Notes: generated by a model from the letters alone, not told the origin. DNA of 64,000 nt from Verrucomicrobiota bacterium (GCA_045046875.1 JASFYY010000002.1:1-64000), one strand, 5' to 3'. Positions 29,801 through 39,936 are shown, counted from the first letter of the stretch. Made by a program: numbers and translations.

Positions 29801-30413
29801 CCGGGCAACGATCCAATCAGGCAAATTTCAACAAATCAGTGAGATCCCTGACCTCAGGGAAAAGAAAACCCACAGCTTCGCCGGCATCCTCGACGCGGTG
29901 CAAGTGCGTTACACCAAACGCGCCGGCAAACCTTTTGCCATCCTCGGTCTGGAGGACTTTTCCGGCCACACCGACGTTATGGTGTGGAACGAGGTTTACG
30001 TCAAATGCAATGCGATGTTCGAGAAGGGCAAAGTGCTGATCGTCGAAGCCAAGGTCGAAATGGATGAACGAACCGAAACCAAACGCCTGACTTCGGTGAA
30101 CTTCAAACCCTTGCAGGTAACCCACAGCAATGGAAGCACACAGAACGGCAGCAACGACCACTCTAACGGAGGTGCTAGTAGTAGGCCCCCGGCCACTCCT
30201 TTTGTGGTGCACTTGTCCTGTGAACGTGATACCCCCGAAGACCTGCTCTACATCAAACACGTCGCGTCTAAATTTCCCGGTTCCTGCCCCTTGCGACTTC
30301 ACATGAGCCGTGCAGACGGGCGTCACCTTTTGCTCGCTGCTTCTGGTAATTACTGCGTGGACGGCAGCGAAGAACTCAAACGTGAACTTTCCGTTTGGTT
30401 GAAAGAAAACTGA
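26880..30413 (+). CDS. dnaE: DNA polymerase III alpha subunit
   Basis: HLHLHTEYSLLDG, GPGRGSAAGS, PDIDVDF, FNKSH, KMDFLGL, C-terminal OB fold. Confidence 0.98.
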   Translation: MAADPFIHLHLHTEYSLLDGAVRISDLVKKAERCKMPAVAMTDHGNIFGAIDFYQKTTSAGIKPLIGCEAYLTPPGVSLTSRDPDPKKRGNSHLTLLATNNKGWYNLTKLVTKGHLDGNYYKPRIDKEALAEYSEGLICLSGCLNGEINQMILDEQLDAARKSIGEFSDIFGKENFFLEVHDHGLDQQHRCTEQMIKFSNEYDLGLVAANDVHFLDRKHHEAHDVMICIGSGSLQMDENRPRYSPEVYFKTGREMMALFKDVPGAISNTFAIADRCDVTMKLDPTNSEKYPQFDPPGELSREDYFRELCLEGLRARYGARADTDQELKTRLDYEIGIMEKMGFLSYFLITWDFIKWARDNGIPVGPGRGSAAGSLVAYVLWITDLCPMRFGLIFERFLNPERVSPPDIDVDFCQSRRGEVIEYVRQKYGDRAVSHIVTFGTLGAKSVVRDVARVMGLSYGDGDRLAKMIPNELNITLKDAKKKNPDLKEALDTEAASKKVWDYSMFLEGLTRGTGIHAAGIVIGDRDLSEYIALTRGKEDEVVTQYAMSPLTELGMLKMDFLGLKTLTVIQDAVDLIHIREPDFKLDVTELNDKAAFDLLNRGETIGVFQLESGGMMSLCRRFGVDRIEDIIALIALYRPGPMELIPDFIDRKKGKKKVEYLHPLLEDVSAETFGILIYQEQVQKAANVLAGYSLGEADMLRRAMGKKKVSEMQKQRLKFVEGCARVNQIPEKKANDIFDLLEKFAGYGFNKSHSAAYGLISYQTAYLKANYPVEFMAALLSNEINNTEKISVFVAECKNMGIDIFAPDVNRSSLKFAPEWADEEAKTASAKAIRFGLAAVKNVGGAAMETAIENRSQKGSFESLEDFATRLDSKTVNKKIMESLIKAGAFDFSNYRRDEMFSRLSQVLAASNAAAKDRASGQVSLFDMTEVAAAAPMPSLDGEERVIWSAEEMLTQEKELLGFYVSGHPLDPYRATIQSGKFQQISEIPDLREKKTHSFAGILDAVQVRYTKRAGKPFAILGLEDFSGHTDVMVWNEVYVKCNAMFEKGKVLIVEAKVEMDERTETKRLTSVNFKPLQVTHSNGSTQNGSNDHSNGGASSRPPATPFVVHLSCERDTPEDLLYIKHVASKFPGSCPLRLHMSRADGRHLLLAASGNYCVDGSEELKRELSVWLKEN

Positions 30414-30432
30414 AAATTTCCGAATATTTAAA

Positions 30433-31431
30433 ATGTCACAACAAGATATAAGTTCATTGATCGAATCGTTCAGCAAACTACGTCTGGTAGTCATCGGCGA
30501 TGTCATGCTGGATCGTTTCATCTGGGGAAACGTCACCCGTATTTCTCCTGAAGCCCCAGTTCCCGTGGTCGAAGTGAATCGCGAATCCGTCTATCCCGGC
30601 GGAGCCGCCAACGTCGCCCGCAACATCACCCCTTTTGGCGGTAAAGTTGAGCTGATCGGTCTGATCGGCTCCGATAGCGAAGGAGAAGTGCTTGCCAAAA
30701 CCTTGGAAGATTGCCACATCGGCATCGATCATATGTTGGTGGAAAAAAGCTTTTCCACCATCACCAAAACCCGGGTGGTCGCCCAGCACCAACAGGTGGT
30801 TCGGATCGACCGCGAGAAAAAACAGGCGCTTACTGACAATGCCCGGAATCTAGTGCTCAACCAGTTGCGCAATGTGGTCGGCGAAGTTGATGGCATCATC
30901 ATAGAGGACTATGGCAAAGGTCTGATCGACAATGAACTAGTAAGCTCCGTGGTTGAGATCGCCACTGCCGGAGATGTGGTGGTCACCGTCGACCCCAATC
31001 CTAAAAACCCAATTGATTGGAAAGGCGTATCAACCGTCAAACCCAACCGCAGCGAAGCTTTCCACGAAGCCGGCATGCAGGACAGCAGTGCCCACCTGCC
31101 ACCACTCGAAGACGGCGACCTGTTACAAGTCGGCAATCACTTGCTCAAACGCTGGGACAGTCAATACGTACTGATCACCCTTGGCGAACAAGGCATGATT
31201 TTATTCTCAGATAGAGGGCAACCCTACCACATCCCTACCCGCGCGCGCGAAGTCTTCGATGTCTCCGGCGCCGGCGATACCGCCATCGCCGTTTTCACCA
31301 TGGCGCTCTGCGCCGGGGCCAACGCCCTCACTGCCGCCGATCTCTCCAACCGCGCCAGTGGCGTCGTCGTAGGAAAACTCGGCACCGCAGAGATAACCAA
31401 AGAGGATCTGTTAAAAGCGGTGGAAGGATGA
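30433..31431 (+). CDS. rfaE1: D-glycero-beta-D-manno-heptose-7-phosphate kinase (stand-alone RfaE domain I, PfkB family)
   Basis: GDVMLDRF..G.V.RISPEAPVPV, GGAANVA, DYGKG, DVSGAGDT. Confidence 0.92.
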   Translation: MSQQDISSLIESFSKLRLVVIGDVMLDRFIWGNVTRISPEAPVPVVEVNRESVYPGGAANVARNITPFGGKVELIGLIGSDSEGEVLAKTLEDCHIGIDHMLVEKSFSTITKTRVVAQHQQVVRIDREKKQALTDNARNLVLNQLRNVVGEVDGIIIEDYGKGLIDNELVSSVVEIATAGDVVVTVDPNPKNPIDWKGVSTVKPNRSEAFHEAGMQDSSAHLPPLEDGDLLQVGNHLLKRWDSQYVLITLGEQGMILFSDRGQPYHIPTRAREVFDVSGAGDTAIAVFTMALCAGANALTAADLSNRASGVVVGKLGTAEITKEDLLKAVEG

Positions 31432-31453
31432 AGTCAATCCTTCGAACATCGAC

Positions 31454-31897
31454 ATGGATCTCCCGCTCGCCATTCTCAATGCCGATACCGCAGAGATTGG
31501 CTCTATTCTTTCTACCAACGCCAGTTGGAGAGAAATCAAATCTGTATCCGGTCTTTCCCCTATCGAACTTGTTCAAGCATCCGGTAAATTACCCGTGCTT
31601 TTAACCTTTCTTCAACATGATGCTTCTATCATCGAAGAGCTTGATTCGACCTTTAAAAATTTGCTTCTAGCCTTGATAGAAGAAACATCATGGGATCACA
31701 CTGCGGCTTACCGACCAACTGATATAGAGTTTTATCTATGGGCGGCTATGATCGGAGAAGTATCTATTGATTTTCCATGTGATCTTATTAGGCACATCTC
31801 TCAAGTCGAAATTGACAATCTAAAGTTCCTCTTCAATCTAAGTCAAACTTGGTCTAGTGAGGAGGATGACAATTTTTGGCTAACAGAAAATCAATGA
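31454..31897 (+). CDS. Hypothetical acidic protein
   Basis: 147-aa ORF, more AT-rich than the preceding genes; no motif recognised. Confidence 0.5.
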   Translation: MDLPLAILNADTAEIGSILSTNASWREIKSVSGLSPIELVQASGKLPVLLTFLQHDASIIEELDSTFKNLLLALIEETSWDHTAAYRPTDIEFYLWAAMIGEVSIDFPCDLIRHISQVEIDNLKFLFNLSQTWSSEEDDNFWLTENQ

Positions 31898-32252
31898 GAA
31901 ATTCGATTTGAGAACTGGTTAAAAAATGAACAGAATAGACAAACTTCAAACAAACGTTGCTAAATTATTAGTAAATGAGCAACCAATATTTCCTCTTTTC
32001 TGGTAGTCCCTTTACTCTTGTTTCTGATTGAAATGAACACCTGCCTCTACACACAATCTCTCGAAACTACTTTTCCAGACCTCCTAACTATTTTTTCTCT
32101 ACTAATATTTTCATGTCGTGAAAAAATCGCTTCGGAAATAAATTTTTTACTCCTACTTTACCCATGCCATCCACGTTTAACTCTGAAGAATTTTTTACCG
32201 CACATGGCATGGCCGACTGTAAAAAACCTGATCAAAGCGGATAAGAATTATA

Positions 32253-32849
32253 ATGGATAAACCTAAACACATCACAAACTCTAGCATGAATGCTAACTGG
32301 AAAATACCAGGCCCCAGTTCACTTTTGGTGCCTAATTTCAGGGATGTTGGTAAAACTATAAATGACCTGTCTGGCAAAACCTTATTACGAGAAACCGTTT
32401 TATTTCGAGGGGGCGAAGTTGACTTCGTAAAAGACCTGACTCCCATCCAAAGTCCCAAATCCATCATCAACCTTCGCAAGGGAAGCGATCCTAACTTTCA
32501 GGATGCCACAGTTTACCACTGTCCTGCACCTGACAGTGTAGATGTTTATTCCGTAGCCAGTGGCTTCAACCGCAAATGGATCATTTCGGTTTTAACGATT
32601 CTCGCCTCAGCGGATGCGCAAGCTCCCTTTTTTATTCACTGCGCCGCAGGCAAAGACCGAACTGGTGTCATTATAGGAGCGATACTCTCATTGCTCAATA
32701 TTGACAGCGAGCACATTCAAGAGGACTACGCTTTGTCAGACGGCCCTATTTATCCTAAACTATTTGCCGAATCCTTGTTTCAATTTACGCAAAATAACTA
32801 TTTTCGGAAATTAAACCTTCAAAAGATTCACGAACGATTCACTCTGTGA
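32253..32849 (+). CDS. Protein tyrosine/serine phosphatase (Y_phosphatase3-like)
   Basis: NFRDVG, LFRGG, HCAAGKDRTG, EDYALS. Confidence 0.85.
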   Translation: MDKPKHITNSSMNANWKIPGPSSLLVPNFRDVGKTINDLSGKTLLRETVLFRGGEVDFVKDLTPIQSPKSIINLRKGSDPNFQDATVYHCPAPDSVDVYSVASGFNRKWIISVLTILASADAQAPFFIHCAAGKDRTGVIIGAILSLLNIDSEHIQEDYALSDGPIYPKLFAESLFQFTQNNYFRKLNLQKIHERFTL

Positions 32850-32907
32850 AATACTAGCGCACCATAACTATTCATGGTAGACCCAGACCTCTCCAAAAAA
32901 GAGTTTG

Positions 32908-32935
32908 CCCGCGGATGGCACGAATTTACGCGGAT
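32908..32935. repeat. Second, single-arm copy of the REP-like periodic element
   Basis: CCCGCGGAT-GGCACGAAT-TTACGCGGAT, same 9-10 nt periodic unit as at 18481-18500, between convergent genes. Confidence 0.4.
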
Positions 32936-32966
32936 AAGAATTAGGATTGTGATCCTGGGAAAACAC

Positions 32967-33833
32967 CTAGTCGCCTGACAAATTACAGCCACAATGATGA
33001 CAGATATTGCCGCGCTCTGCGACCGATAGAGGGATTGACTGGTCACAGGTAGGACACCTCAACGCCACTTGATTGAAATGCTTGCTCTCTAAACGGTATA
33101 GCCTCCAGAATGCATAGCCACAAATAGAAATCATTACTAACATTGATCCTGTTAATTCCCAACCCTTTAACTGAAAATTATTTGCCAGGTGTACAAATGC
33201 AATCGGAACGATGATCCAAACAGCGAGAAAAAAATAGATGTTCCATCCTGCACGCTTCCAGTATAGCTCCTGTAAATTCTTAATTTGTTGGTGAAACTCG
33301 TGCTCGGACAATTGTTCTGTAGAGTTCTCTTTTTTTGACCCACCAATGTCCAAATGAGTAGATTCAACGGAACCCTGTTTCTCAAAACCCATCACAATGA
33401 TGGGTTTCGCTCCTACGCAATATGGGCAGCTTTGATTTCGCAAAACTGCCTCCACATCTTTTAAACCAAATGAGCTATTGCAATGGCGACAGTACAATCG
33501 GTCACCAATTTTTTCAAAATAGTCTCCGCCTTGAAATAACAGCACGATATATGCTGCAATCACACTCGCAAAAGTAAAACAAGAAATTTGATTTTCTGTA
33601 ACCCACCCTAACACCTCGTGCAATTGAACAAGTATGATCAACACAAGCATGAACAACAGTGCTAGGCCCACTACACAAAAACCTTTCCTTTCCCTCAATT
33701 TACCAATCCTACAAAAATTCACCAAATCCTGCCGGATTAATGGCTCCCGTTTTTCCAGTTTGTCCAAAATATCACGCCCCAGTTTATCCAATACTTTTGG
33801 ATCTTCTGTAAAAGCAATTCTCTCCGTTTTCAT
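32967..33833 (-). CDS. Membrane protein with two repeats of [2 TM + CxxC...CxxC zinc ribbon]
   Basis: CRHC...CPYC and CPTC...CHHC, each preceded by two hydrophobic helices. Confidence 0.65.
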   Translation of the reverse strand: MKTERIAFTEDPKVLDKLGRDILDKLEKREPLIRQDLVNFCRIGKLRERKGFCVVGLALLFMLVLIILVQLHEVLGWVTENQISCFTFASVIAAYIVLLFQGGDYFEKIGDRLYCRHCNSSFGLKDVEAVLRNQSCPYCVGAKPIIVMGFEKQGSVESTHLDIGGSKKENSTEQLSEHEFHQQIKNLQELYWKRAGWNIYFFLAVWIIVPIAFVHLANNFQLKGWELTGSMLVMISICGYAFWRLYRLESKHFNQVALRCPTCDQSIPLSVAERGNICHHCGCNLSGD

Positions 33834-33979
33834 CGCAAATTCTTAGTTGCGCTTGCCCAACAAGCTTTACTCTGGAATTTTACAATTCAGGCAAGCCTTC
33901 AGCAATTATAAGTGAGATGCATTTTTATAACGCCCATCAAGCTCACTAAGGATCCCCCTCTTTTTGACAAGCATTCAAC

Positions 33980-36004
33980 TCAATCCCCTTCCACCAATAG
34001 TCCATGATAACCATCAGGGATCACTGCTCGTCCATTGCGTATACCAATGCGAGTAGGATTACCGGGAGTCAAAAATTGTTCGATAAGCTTTGGTTTTGAA
34101 GGATCTGAAATGTCAGTGATAGTAACCAGGCCGCTCGAACGATTAGCGGTATAAAGTCGATTCCCTGAAATATTAGGAACCCCCGGGTTGGCACGGGTTT
34201 TCCCAAGCGGGTAAATATTCAACTCCTTAAGCTCCCGCCGTTCACTGCGATCCACTAAAATATATCCACCCCTCAGGGTGATCAACGTTTTGTCCCCAAA
34301 CGCAATCATGCCATTGGACGAACCGGTTCGGCGGGCAAAGTTATCCCCACTATATACCGGGGCAGGTTGTGCCATGAGATCAAACCAATAAGTGCCCGTC
34401 ACATGCCAGAAAACCGCGGTGTAACGATCCTCCACCAATCCCCGCATCATCTGGTCGCCGTAAAGAAGTCCATGGCGTTTGTCTTCAAATATTTGTTTGG
34501 GATTAGCTGCATCGCCCACATCCAGAATATAAAATTGATTCGCCCCTGCCTGGATCATCACCCGATTGCCAGAGCCTGGTGTTTCGACCTGACGCACAGC
34601 TTTGCCCCGCAGTTTGAAAGCTCCTACTTTTTTATATCCGTCTCCAGCCTTGTCCTCCCAAATGGATAGACCGCCGGCGCTTTCCGCGACAAAAATGCGC
34701 TCATTAAAAACGCTGACATCCGTGGCAAATCCATCGGTGGCAAGCAACTCAAGTCGTTCAATCTGCGGCCACAACTTCACGATATGCACTCCTGCGCTGC
34801 CGCAGGCGACCACCGCGCGGTCATCCGGGAGAAAATCCACGCCATAAACTTGTCCCGCCGGACGGTAGCTGCGCCAACCCTTGCGAAACTCACCCGCTTC
34901 ATTCCGCCCGGCAGCAATTACCGCTGCCTGATCCGTTTCCTTTTCCACCGCAACCGCCAAATTTGGTGCCTCCACCACATGCAAATCGCTGAAGCCACCC
35001 GCCATCAAAATGTGATCTTTAACCAGTGCCAGGCCTCCGATAAAATTCTTTTTTCCGTCCTGTTCCGGCGCTTCACAATGAGCCACTAATTTCATTTTTG
35101 CCGCATCGGCCACATCCACCACAAAAATCCCGTTCCAGGTATCCGCTACAAAAGCATGACCATTGGCAATAGTGACCTCCCACATATCATTGCCAATTTC
35201 ATAAAGCGGGGGGAATTTGATCCGCGATACAAACGTGGGATGAGCAGGATCGGAAATCTTAAACACTTCCAAACCATGCCCTTTGCCAAATCCAGGATCG
35301 CCTGGATTTTTTCGTGGCATCGCTCGCGAATGATGGCCGGTAGCCACATAAACATAGTCCCCCGCCACATCCACTCCATCACCATAACCATCAAGCTCTA
35401 CTTTGTCTGTGATTTTCGGATGACGTGGATCCCGCACATCCACCACCACCAACTCTGATGTCGCCCACACCCCCACATACAAAAACCCATTACGAGTCAC
35501 CACCGATTGGGCCTCGCCGGTGCGTACCAAACTGAGATGCGCAGGTTTTCCCGGATCGCTCACGTCAATCAACTCCACTCCATAATTACGACAAGCGACA
35601 AAAAGAACATCTCCCGACAAAGCCACCCCGGTGGCAAATTCCACCGTATCATAGTGATTGAGCAAACGAGGTTCAGCTGGGTTCTTCACATCAACAATGA
35701 ACAAACCATCCTGGCGCGAAGTGATGTAAGCGATACCCTCACTCACTTCAATCTGCCGCACACTGCCCAAACCTGACAACTTACCCAGAATGCGCGGTTT
35801 TTTCGCATTGCTGATATCCAATACCTGCAAAGCTCCATTACCAATCGCGTAAGCATAATCCCCCACCGCCTCCACCGCCTTTGCCGGGCCCATCCCGCCA
35901 ACGGCCACAATAGGTAGTTTGGCACCAACATTCCGAGCTTGCGACACAGTTGGCAATATCACTGTGCTGATACAAAAGAAAAAAGTAAGAATCCGGTTTT
36001 TCAT
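33980..36004 (-). CDS. Secreted LVIVD-repeat beta-propeller protein
   Basis: Repeated L.I.DVS.P..P units (LQVLDISN, LFIVDVKNP, LIDVSDP, VVVDVRDP); signal peptide. Confidence 0.85.
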   Translation of the reverse strand: MKNRILTFFFCISTVILPTVSQARNVGAKLPIVAVGGMGPAKAVEAVGDYAYAIGNGALQVLDISNAKKPRILGKLSGLGSVRQIEVSEGIAYITSRQDGLFIVDVKNPAEPRLLNHYDTVEFATGVALSGDVLFVACRNYGVELIDVSDPGKPAHLSLVRTGEAQSVVTRNGFLYVGVWATSELVVVDVRDPRHPKITDKVELDGYGDGVDVAGDYVYVATGHHSRAMPRKNPGDPGFGKGHGLEVFKISDPAHPTFVSRIKFPPLYEIGNDMWEVTIANGHAFVADTWNGIFVVDVADAAKMKLVAHCEAPEQDGKKNFIGGLALVKDHILMAGGFSDLHVVEAPNLAVAVEKETDQAAVIAAGRNEAGEFRKGWRSYRPAGQVYGVDFLPDDRAVVACGSAGVHIVKLWPQIERLELLATDGFATDVSVFNERIFVAESAGGLSIWEDKAGDGYKKVGAFKLRGKAVRQVETPGSGNRVMIQAGANQFYILDVGDAANPKQIFEDKRHGLLYGDQMMRGLVEDRYTAVFWHVTGTYWFDLMAQPAPVYSGDNFARRTGSSNGMIAFGDKTLITLRGGYILVDRSERRELKELNIYPLGKTRANPGVPNISGNRLYTANRSSGLVTITDISDPSKPKLIEQFLTPGNPTRIGIRNGRAVIPDGYHGLLVEGD

Positions 36005-36105
36005 AGTTATGCTCGATAGTATCTAAATCTTCAATCAATATAAATTGTGTAGAAACCGCGGATCCGGAGTAAGGCGTTCAGCTCCTAACCACCGATTAAA
36101 ATAGC

Positions 36106-36342
36106 TCATCCTGCCGACATTGCTAATCCAACATATACGAGAACTGTCGCTCCGACCCAATAAAACCCTAAACGCTTTTCATCATTCAGAAATAACCAAA
36201 TCAACCCCAATATTGGGAAAATAATACCCAAAACGCCCCATAAAGTATCTCCTTGCTGAAAAGCAGCAATCAACATTTTTACCCAACAAATCAATGTGCC
36301 AATTCCTGCTGCTATAACTAAAATTAATCCTAAGGTTGCCAT
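36106..36342 (-). CDS. Small membrane protein of unknown function
   Basis: Three hydrophobic segments, AFQ.G..LWG pattern. Confidence 0.7.
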   Translation of the reverse strand: MATLGLILVIAAGIGTLICWVKMLIAAFQQGDTLWGVLGIIFPILGLIWLFLNDEKRLGFYWVGATVLVYVGLAMSAG

Positions 36343-36484
36343 AGTGTTTTGTGTGAAATATTTAAATTTTTTGACAATCTACAGCACCTGTTAGCTTATC
36401 AAAAAACTACGCATCCAAAATGGTAAGTCAATACGAAAGGGAACTTGTGTTTAATCAAAATGTAAGATACGTACCCTTTTTCTA

Positions 36485-37408
36485 ATGAACAACCGTCACA
36501 TCCCCCTATTCCTGTTGCTAATCTCAGCCATCTTTTGTTCTGCAATCGGCAAATCCAGAGCTGATCAAATAAACCCAGAAAAAACCGCAAAGGCCAAACC
36601 CCTTTACGATAACGGCATCCCGGAAAAAGGTTTCCTCACCTTGAAAACTGCCAATTACACGGTTCCCATCGATGCTGCCAGCGGATGGACAATAGAAAAA
36701 ATGCTCTTTGGTGGATACCCGTTTGGTCTCAGCAATGGTCATTATGGAACTGTGCTCACTCCAAAAGGTGGCAAATGGTGGGGAACCGGCCACACGGAGG
36801 GTGGACGTGAAGTGGTCCATCAACTGAATTTGACGGTAGATGGGAAACCCATGCCTATTGCTATCGATAAAACCATTTCAGGCAAACGTATCGAACTGAT
36901 CAAAAACTCTACGATCTGGAAATTCAAGGTGCGGGTCGAAATTGTGATTACGGATGAGCTCATCTATGAGCACACTCAAATGCAAGCGCTCGAAGACTGC
37001 GAACTGGATGTGATGTATTATTTCATGCACATCTTCCCCACCACCACCACGCGTTGGATCGCTGAATTTCCTGATGGCACTACTAATACCGGACCCCTCA
37101 AACACGCGGGTAATCATCAGATTCAAAAAAACACCCGTTGGGTGGCGCAGTTCAACCCGGCCGAGCAACAAGCCTATTTGTGTTACACTCCCAAAATAAT
37201 CACTGGTAATCAAAGTGCCAGCATGATTTGGGATCTGGATCGTTATCACAAATACTATCTCCGCCAGAACAAAGGGCAAAAATTCAGCAAAGGAGAAAAA
37301 CTAGACTTCACCGTAGTGGTCAAAGCCGTGCTTAATGAAAGCGGTGATTGGAAGGCGACCCAAAAAGCTGCGGCTCAGCTGATGCGGGATTTCCCGCCCG
37401 TAAAATAA
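36485..37408 (+). CDS. Secreted hypothetical protein (beta-sandwich predicted)
   Basis: Signal peptide; 307-aa ORF with GTGHTEGG motif. Confidence 0.65.
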   Translation: MNNRHIPLFLLLISAIFCSAIGKSRADQINPEKTAKAKPLYDNGIPEKGFLTLKTANYTVPIDAASGWTIEKMLFGGYPFGLSNGHYGTVLTPKGGKWWGTGHTEGGREVVHQLNLTVDGKPMPIAIDKTISGKRIELIKNSTIWKFKVRVEIVITDELIYEHTQMQALEDCELDVMYYFMHIFPTTTTRWIAEFPDGTTNTGPLKHAGNHQIQKNTRWVAQFNPAEQQAYLCYTPKIITGNQSASMIWDLDRYHKYYLRQNKGQKFSKGEKLDFTVVVKAVLNESGDWKATQKAAAQLMRDFPPVK

Positions 37409-37440
37409 TCGCCGTGACTCTAAAGGTCACGCGCTATGCT

Positions 37441-39357
37441 TCAACGCGCCGGCGCTTTTTTCTTCGCCGTTCTGGATGGTTTTTTTGCCTTGAGGTGCGG
37501 CAAAACTTTCTTAACAAGGTCGTCAGCGGTGATGCCATGCTTCGCCCGTAAAATCGGCACACTGCCATGTTCAACAAAAGCATCGGGCCAGCCAATGCGC
37601 TCGACCGGTGTATGAATTCCCTGACTGTAAAGATGCTCCATCACGCCACAACCAAAACCATTGGTCAGCACATGATCCTCCAGGGTGCAGATCACCTTGC
37701 ACTGATTCGCATACTGTTCCAGACAAGCGGTATCCATCGGTTTGATCCAGCGTGGATTGATCAACGCTACAGAATAACCTAATTGCTCCAATTGCCCCTT
37801 GGCCTCTTCCGCCATTTCAAACAAATTACCCAAACCAAACAGCGCTACATCCGTTCCGTCCTGCACCACTTCAGCTTTACCAATTTCCAAAACTTCCGGC
37901 TGCTCCTTTATGCTTGCACCGCTGCCTGCTCCGCGAGGGTAACGTATCGCTATCGGGCCACCTTCGTATTGTGACATCGTCCACAGCATGTCGACAAATT
38001 CGTCTTCATCCTTGGCTTGCATCAATACCCAATTTGGAACCACCCGCATGTAACCAATATCAAACAGGCCATGGTGGGTCGGCCCGTCATCGCCACTCAA
38101 ACCCGCCCGATCCATGCACAAACGCAGCGGCAAATTCTGGATGCCTGCGTCGTGAACCGCCATGTCGTAAGCACGTTGGAAAAAAGTAGAATAAATCGCC
38201 AGGAAAGGTTTCAGACCCTGCGTTGCCAATCCACAAGCAAACACTGCCGCATGTTCCTCGGCAATGCCTACATCAAAATAGCGATCCGGCACACCTTGTT
38301 GAAAAGGCACCAGACCCGTTCCAGTTGGCATCGCAGCGGTGATCGCAGTGATTTTTTTATCATCCTGGGCAAACTTGGTCAAGCTCTCGCCAAACACTTG
38401 CGAATAAGTCGGTGACGACGCGGCAGCGGTTTCCCCTGTTTTGCTAGCGTAAGGTCCGAGTCCATGGAATTTCTGCGGGTTATGCAAGGCCGGCTCATAG
38501 CCTCGGCCTTTTTCAGTGATGATGTGCAAAATCACCGGCACCTCTTCATTTTTCAGGTGTTCAAAAGTACGCACCAGCAAATTCACATCATGCCCGTCAA
38601 TGGGGCCATAATAACGCAAACCGAATTCTTCAAAAATCACACTGGGCAGCAACAGGTTTTTTGCTCCTTCTTCTACTTTGCTCGCCAGACGTCTAACGGT
38701 TTGTCCTGCGATTCTTTCTACAAACTCGGCCGCTTTATCGTGTAAGTGCGAATAGGTCGGACTGGTTTGCAGGGCATTAAAAATATTGGCAATCGCCCCC
38801 ACGTTGCGATCGATGGACCACTCATTATCATTCAGCACCACGATGAGCTTGTTGGTCGTCGTGGCAATATTATTCAAGGCCTCGTAACTCACTCCGCAGG
38901 TGAAAGCCGCATCTCCCGCCACAGCGATCACATGATTATCCTCGCCTTTTAAATCCCGTGCAGCGGCCATTCCCAGGGCTGCCGACAATGCCGTGCCTGC
39001 ATGGCCCGCTCCAAAAGCATCGTGTTCACTTTCGGTACGTAGTAAAAAACCGTTCAGACCTTCATACTGACGAATGGTTTTTATCGAATCCCAACGTCCG
39101 GTTAGCATTTTGTGTACATAACCTTGATGACTGACATCAAAGAGGAACTTGTCCTGTGGGGTCTCGAATACCCGATGCATAGCAATGCTCAGCTCGACCA
39201 CTCCCAGATTGGGCCCTAGATGACCACCTGTTTTGGACAAACTATCAATCAGGGTGCGACGAATGTTCTCCGCCAACAGGGGAAGTTGCTCGTCCGTAAG
39301 AGCTTTCAACTCCGCACCTGATTGTGCTTTAGGTAAAGTGCGGTCAGAATTTTTCAT
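37441..39357 (-). CDS. dxs: 1-deoxy-D-xylulose-5-phosphate synthase
   Basis: GGHLGPNLGVVEL, GDAAFT.G...EALNN, DVGIAEEHA, DGPTHHG; start 39357 has a GAGGAA RBS (alternative 39411). Confidence 0.96.
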   Translation of the reverse strand: MKNSDRTLPKAQSGAELKALTDEQLPLLAENIRRTLIDSLSKTGGHLGPNLGVVELSIAMHRVFETPQDKFLFDVSHQGYVHKMLTGRWDSIKTIRQYEGLNGFLLRTESEHDAFGAGHAGTALSAALGMAAARDLKGEDNHVIAVAGDAAFTCGVSYEALNNIATTTNKLIVVLNDNEWSIDRNVGAIANIFNALQTSPTYSHLHDKAAEFVERIAGQTVRRLASKVEEGAKNLLLPSVIFEEFGLRYYGPIDGHDVNLLVRTFEHLKNEEVPVILHIITEKGRGYEPALHNPQKFHGLGPYASKTGETAAASSPTYSQVFGESLTKFAQDDKKITAITAAMPTGTGLVPFQQGVPDRYFDVGIAEEHAAVFACGLATQGLKPFLAIYSTFFQRAYDMAVHDAGIQNLPLRLCMDRAGLSGDDGPTHHGLFDIGYMRVVPNWVLMQAKDEDEFVDMLWTMSQYEGGPIAIRYPRGAGSGASIKEQPEVLEIGKAEVVQDGTDVALFGLGNLFEMAEEAKGQLEQLGYSVALINPRWIKPMDTACLEQYANQCKVICTLEDHVLTNGFGCGVMEHLYSQGIHTPVERIGWPDAFVEHGSVPILRAKHGITADDLVKKVLPHLKAKKPSRTAKKKAPAR

Positions 39358-39394
39358 TTCCTCTTCGTCACTTTGCTCGAATTTATTATCGCTG

Positions 39395-39754
39395 TCAGAA
39401 AAGTTCGCCATCGTCTGTTTGATTATTCGCTTGGGATTCTGATTTTCTTTCAAGCGATTCGCTGTTTTTATCAAAATCCTGCAATTCTTTTTCTTTGCCA
39501 CCATCGCGGATCAGTTCCACCCGTCGCTGGGCATCATCCAAATGACGCTGGCACTTTTCATAAAGGTGGGTGCCCTTTTCGTAATTCTCTATCAATTCAC
39601 CCAGCGGGGCCTGGTCGCTCTCCATCGCTTCCACCAAGCTTTCCAGTTCTCCCAGACTTTGCTCAAACGTGCTGTTATCAGATGATGGCGCCGCCGTCGA
39701 ATCCGTATTGGAATTCTCCGCGTCTGATGAGCTGGTCTTTTTTGCTTTGGCCAT
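39395..39754 (-). CDS. xseB: Exodeoxyribonuclease VII small subunit
   Basis: FEQSLGELESLVEAMES...L...YEKG..L...CQ..L..AQ.RV. Confidence 0.92.
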   Translation of the reverse strand: MAKAKKTSSSDAENSNTDSTAAPSSDNSTFEQSLGELESLVEAMESDQAPLGELIENYEKGTHLYEKCQRHLDDAQRRVELIRDGGKEKELQDFDKNSESLERKSESQANNQTDDGELF

Positions 39755-39936
39755 TAATAGGCTATTAGTCCGTGTGAAAAGAGCCTTATTCAAGTGCTTT
39801 CCCTGACTTGACTGGCATTTATCTCTTTCGAGAGCACCAATTCGCTGACAATTACCCCGATATTAGGGCTGGTCATGGATAAAAACCCCGACGTCTTGAG
39901 TAAGACGAACTTAGCGTAATTACAGAATCGCCTGGC

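Noticed and set aside
26880..30413. Intein in dnaE (and in recA)
   Set aside because: Protein lengths and motif spacing are normal; no splicing or LAGLIDADG motifs seen
39358..39504. Long N-terminal extension of Dxs, or missing ispA as an anomaly
   Set aside because: The extension overlaps xseB and a good RBS precedes 39357; direct xseB-dxs adjacency shows no sign of a deletion remnant
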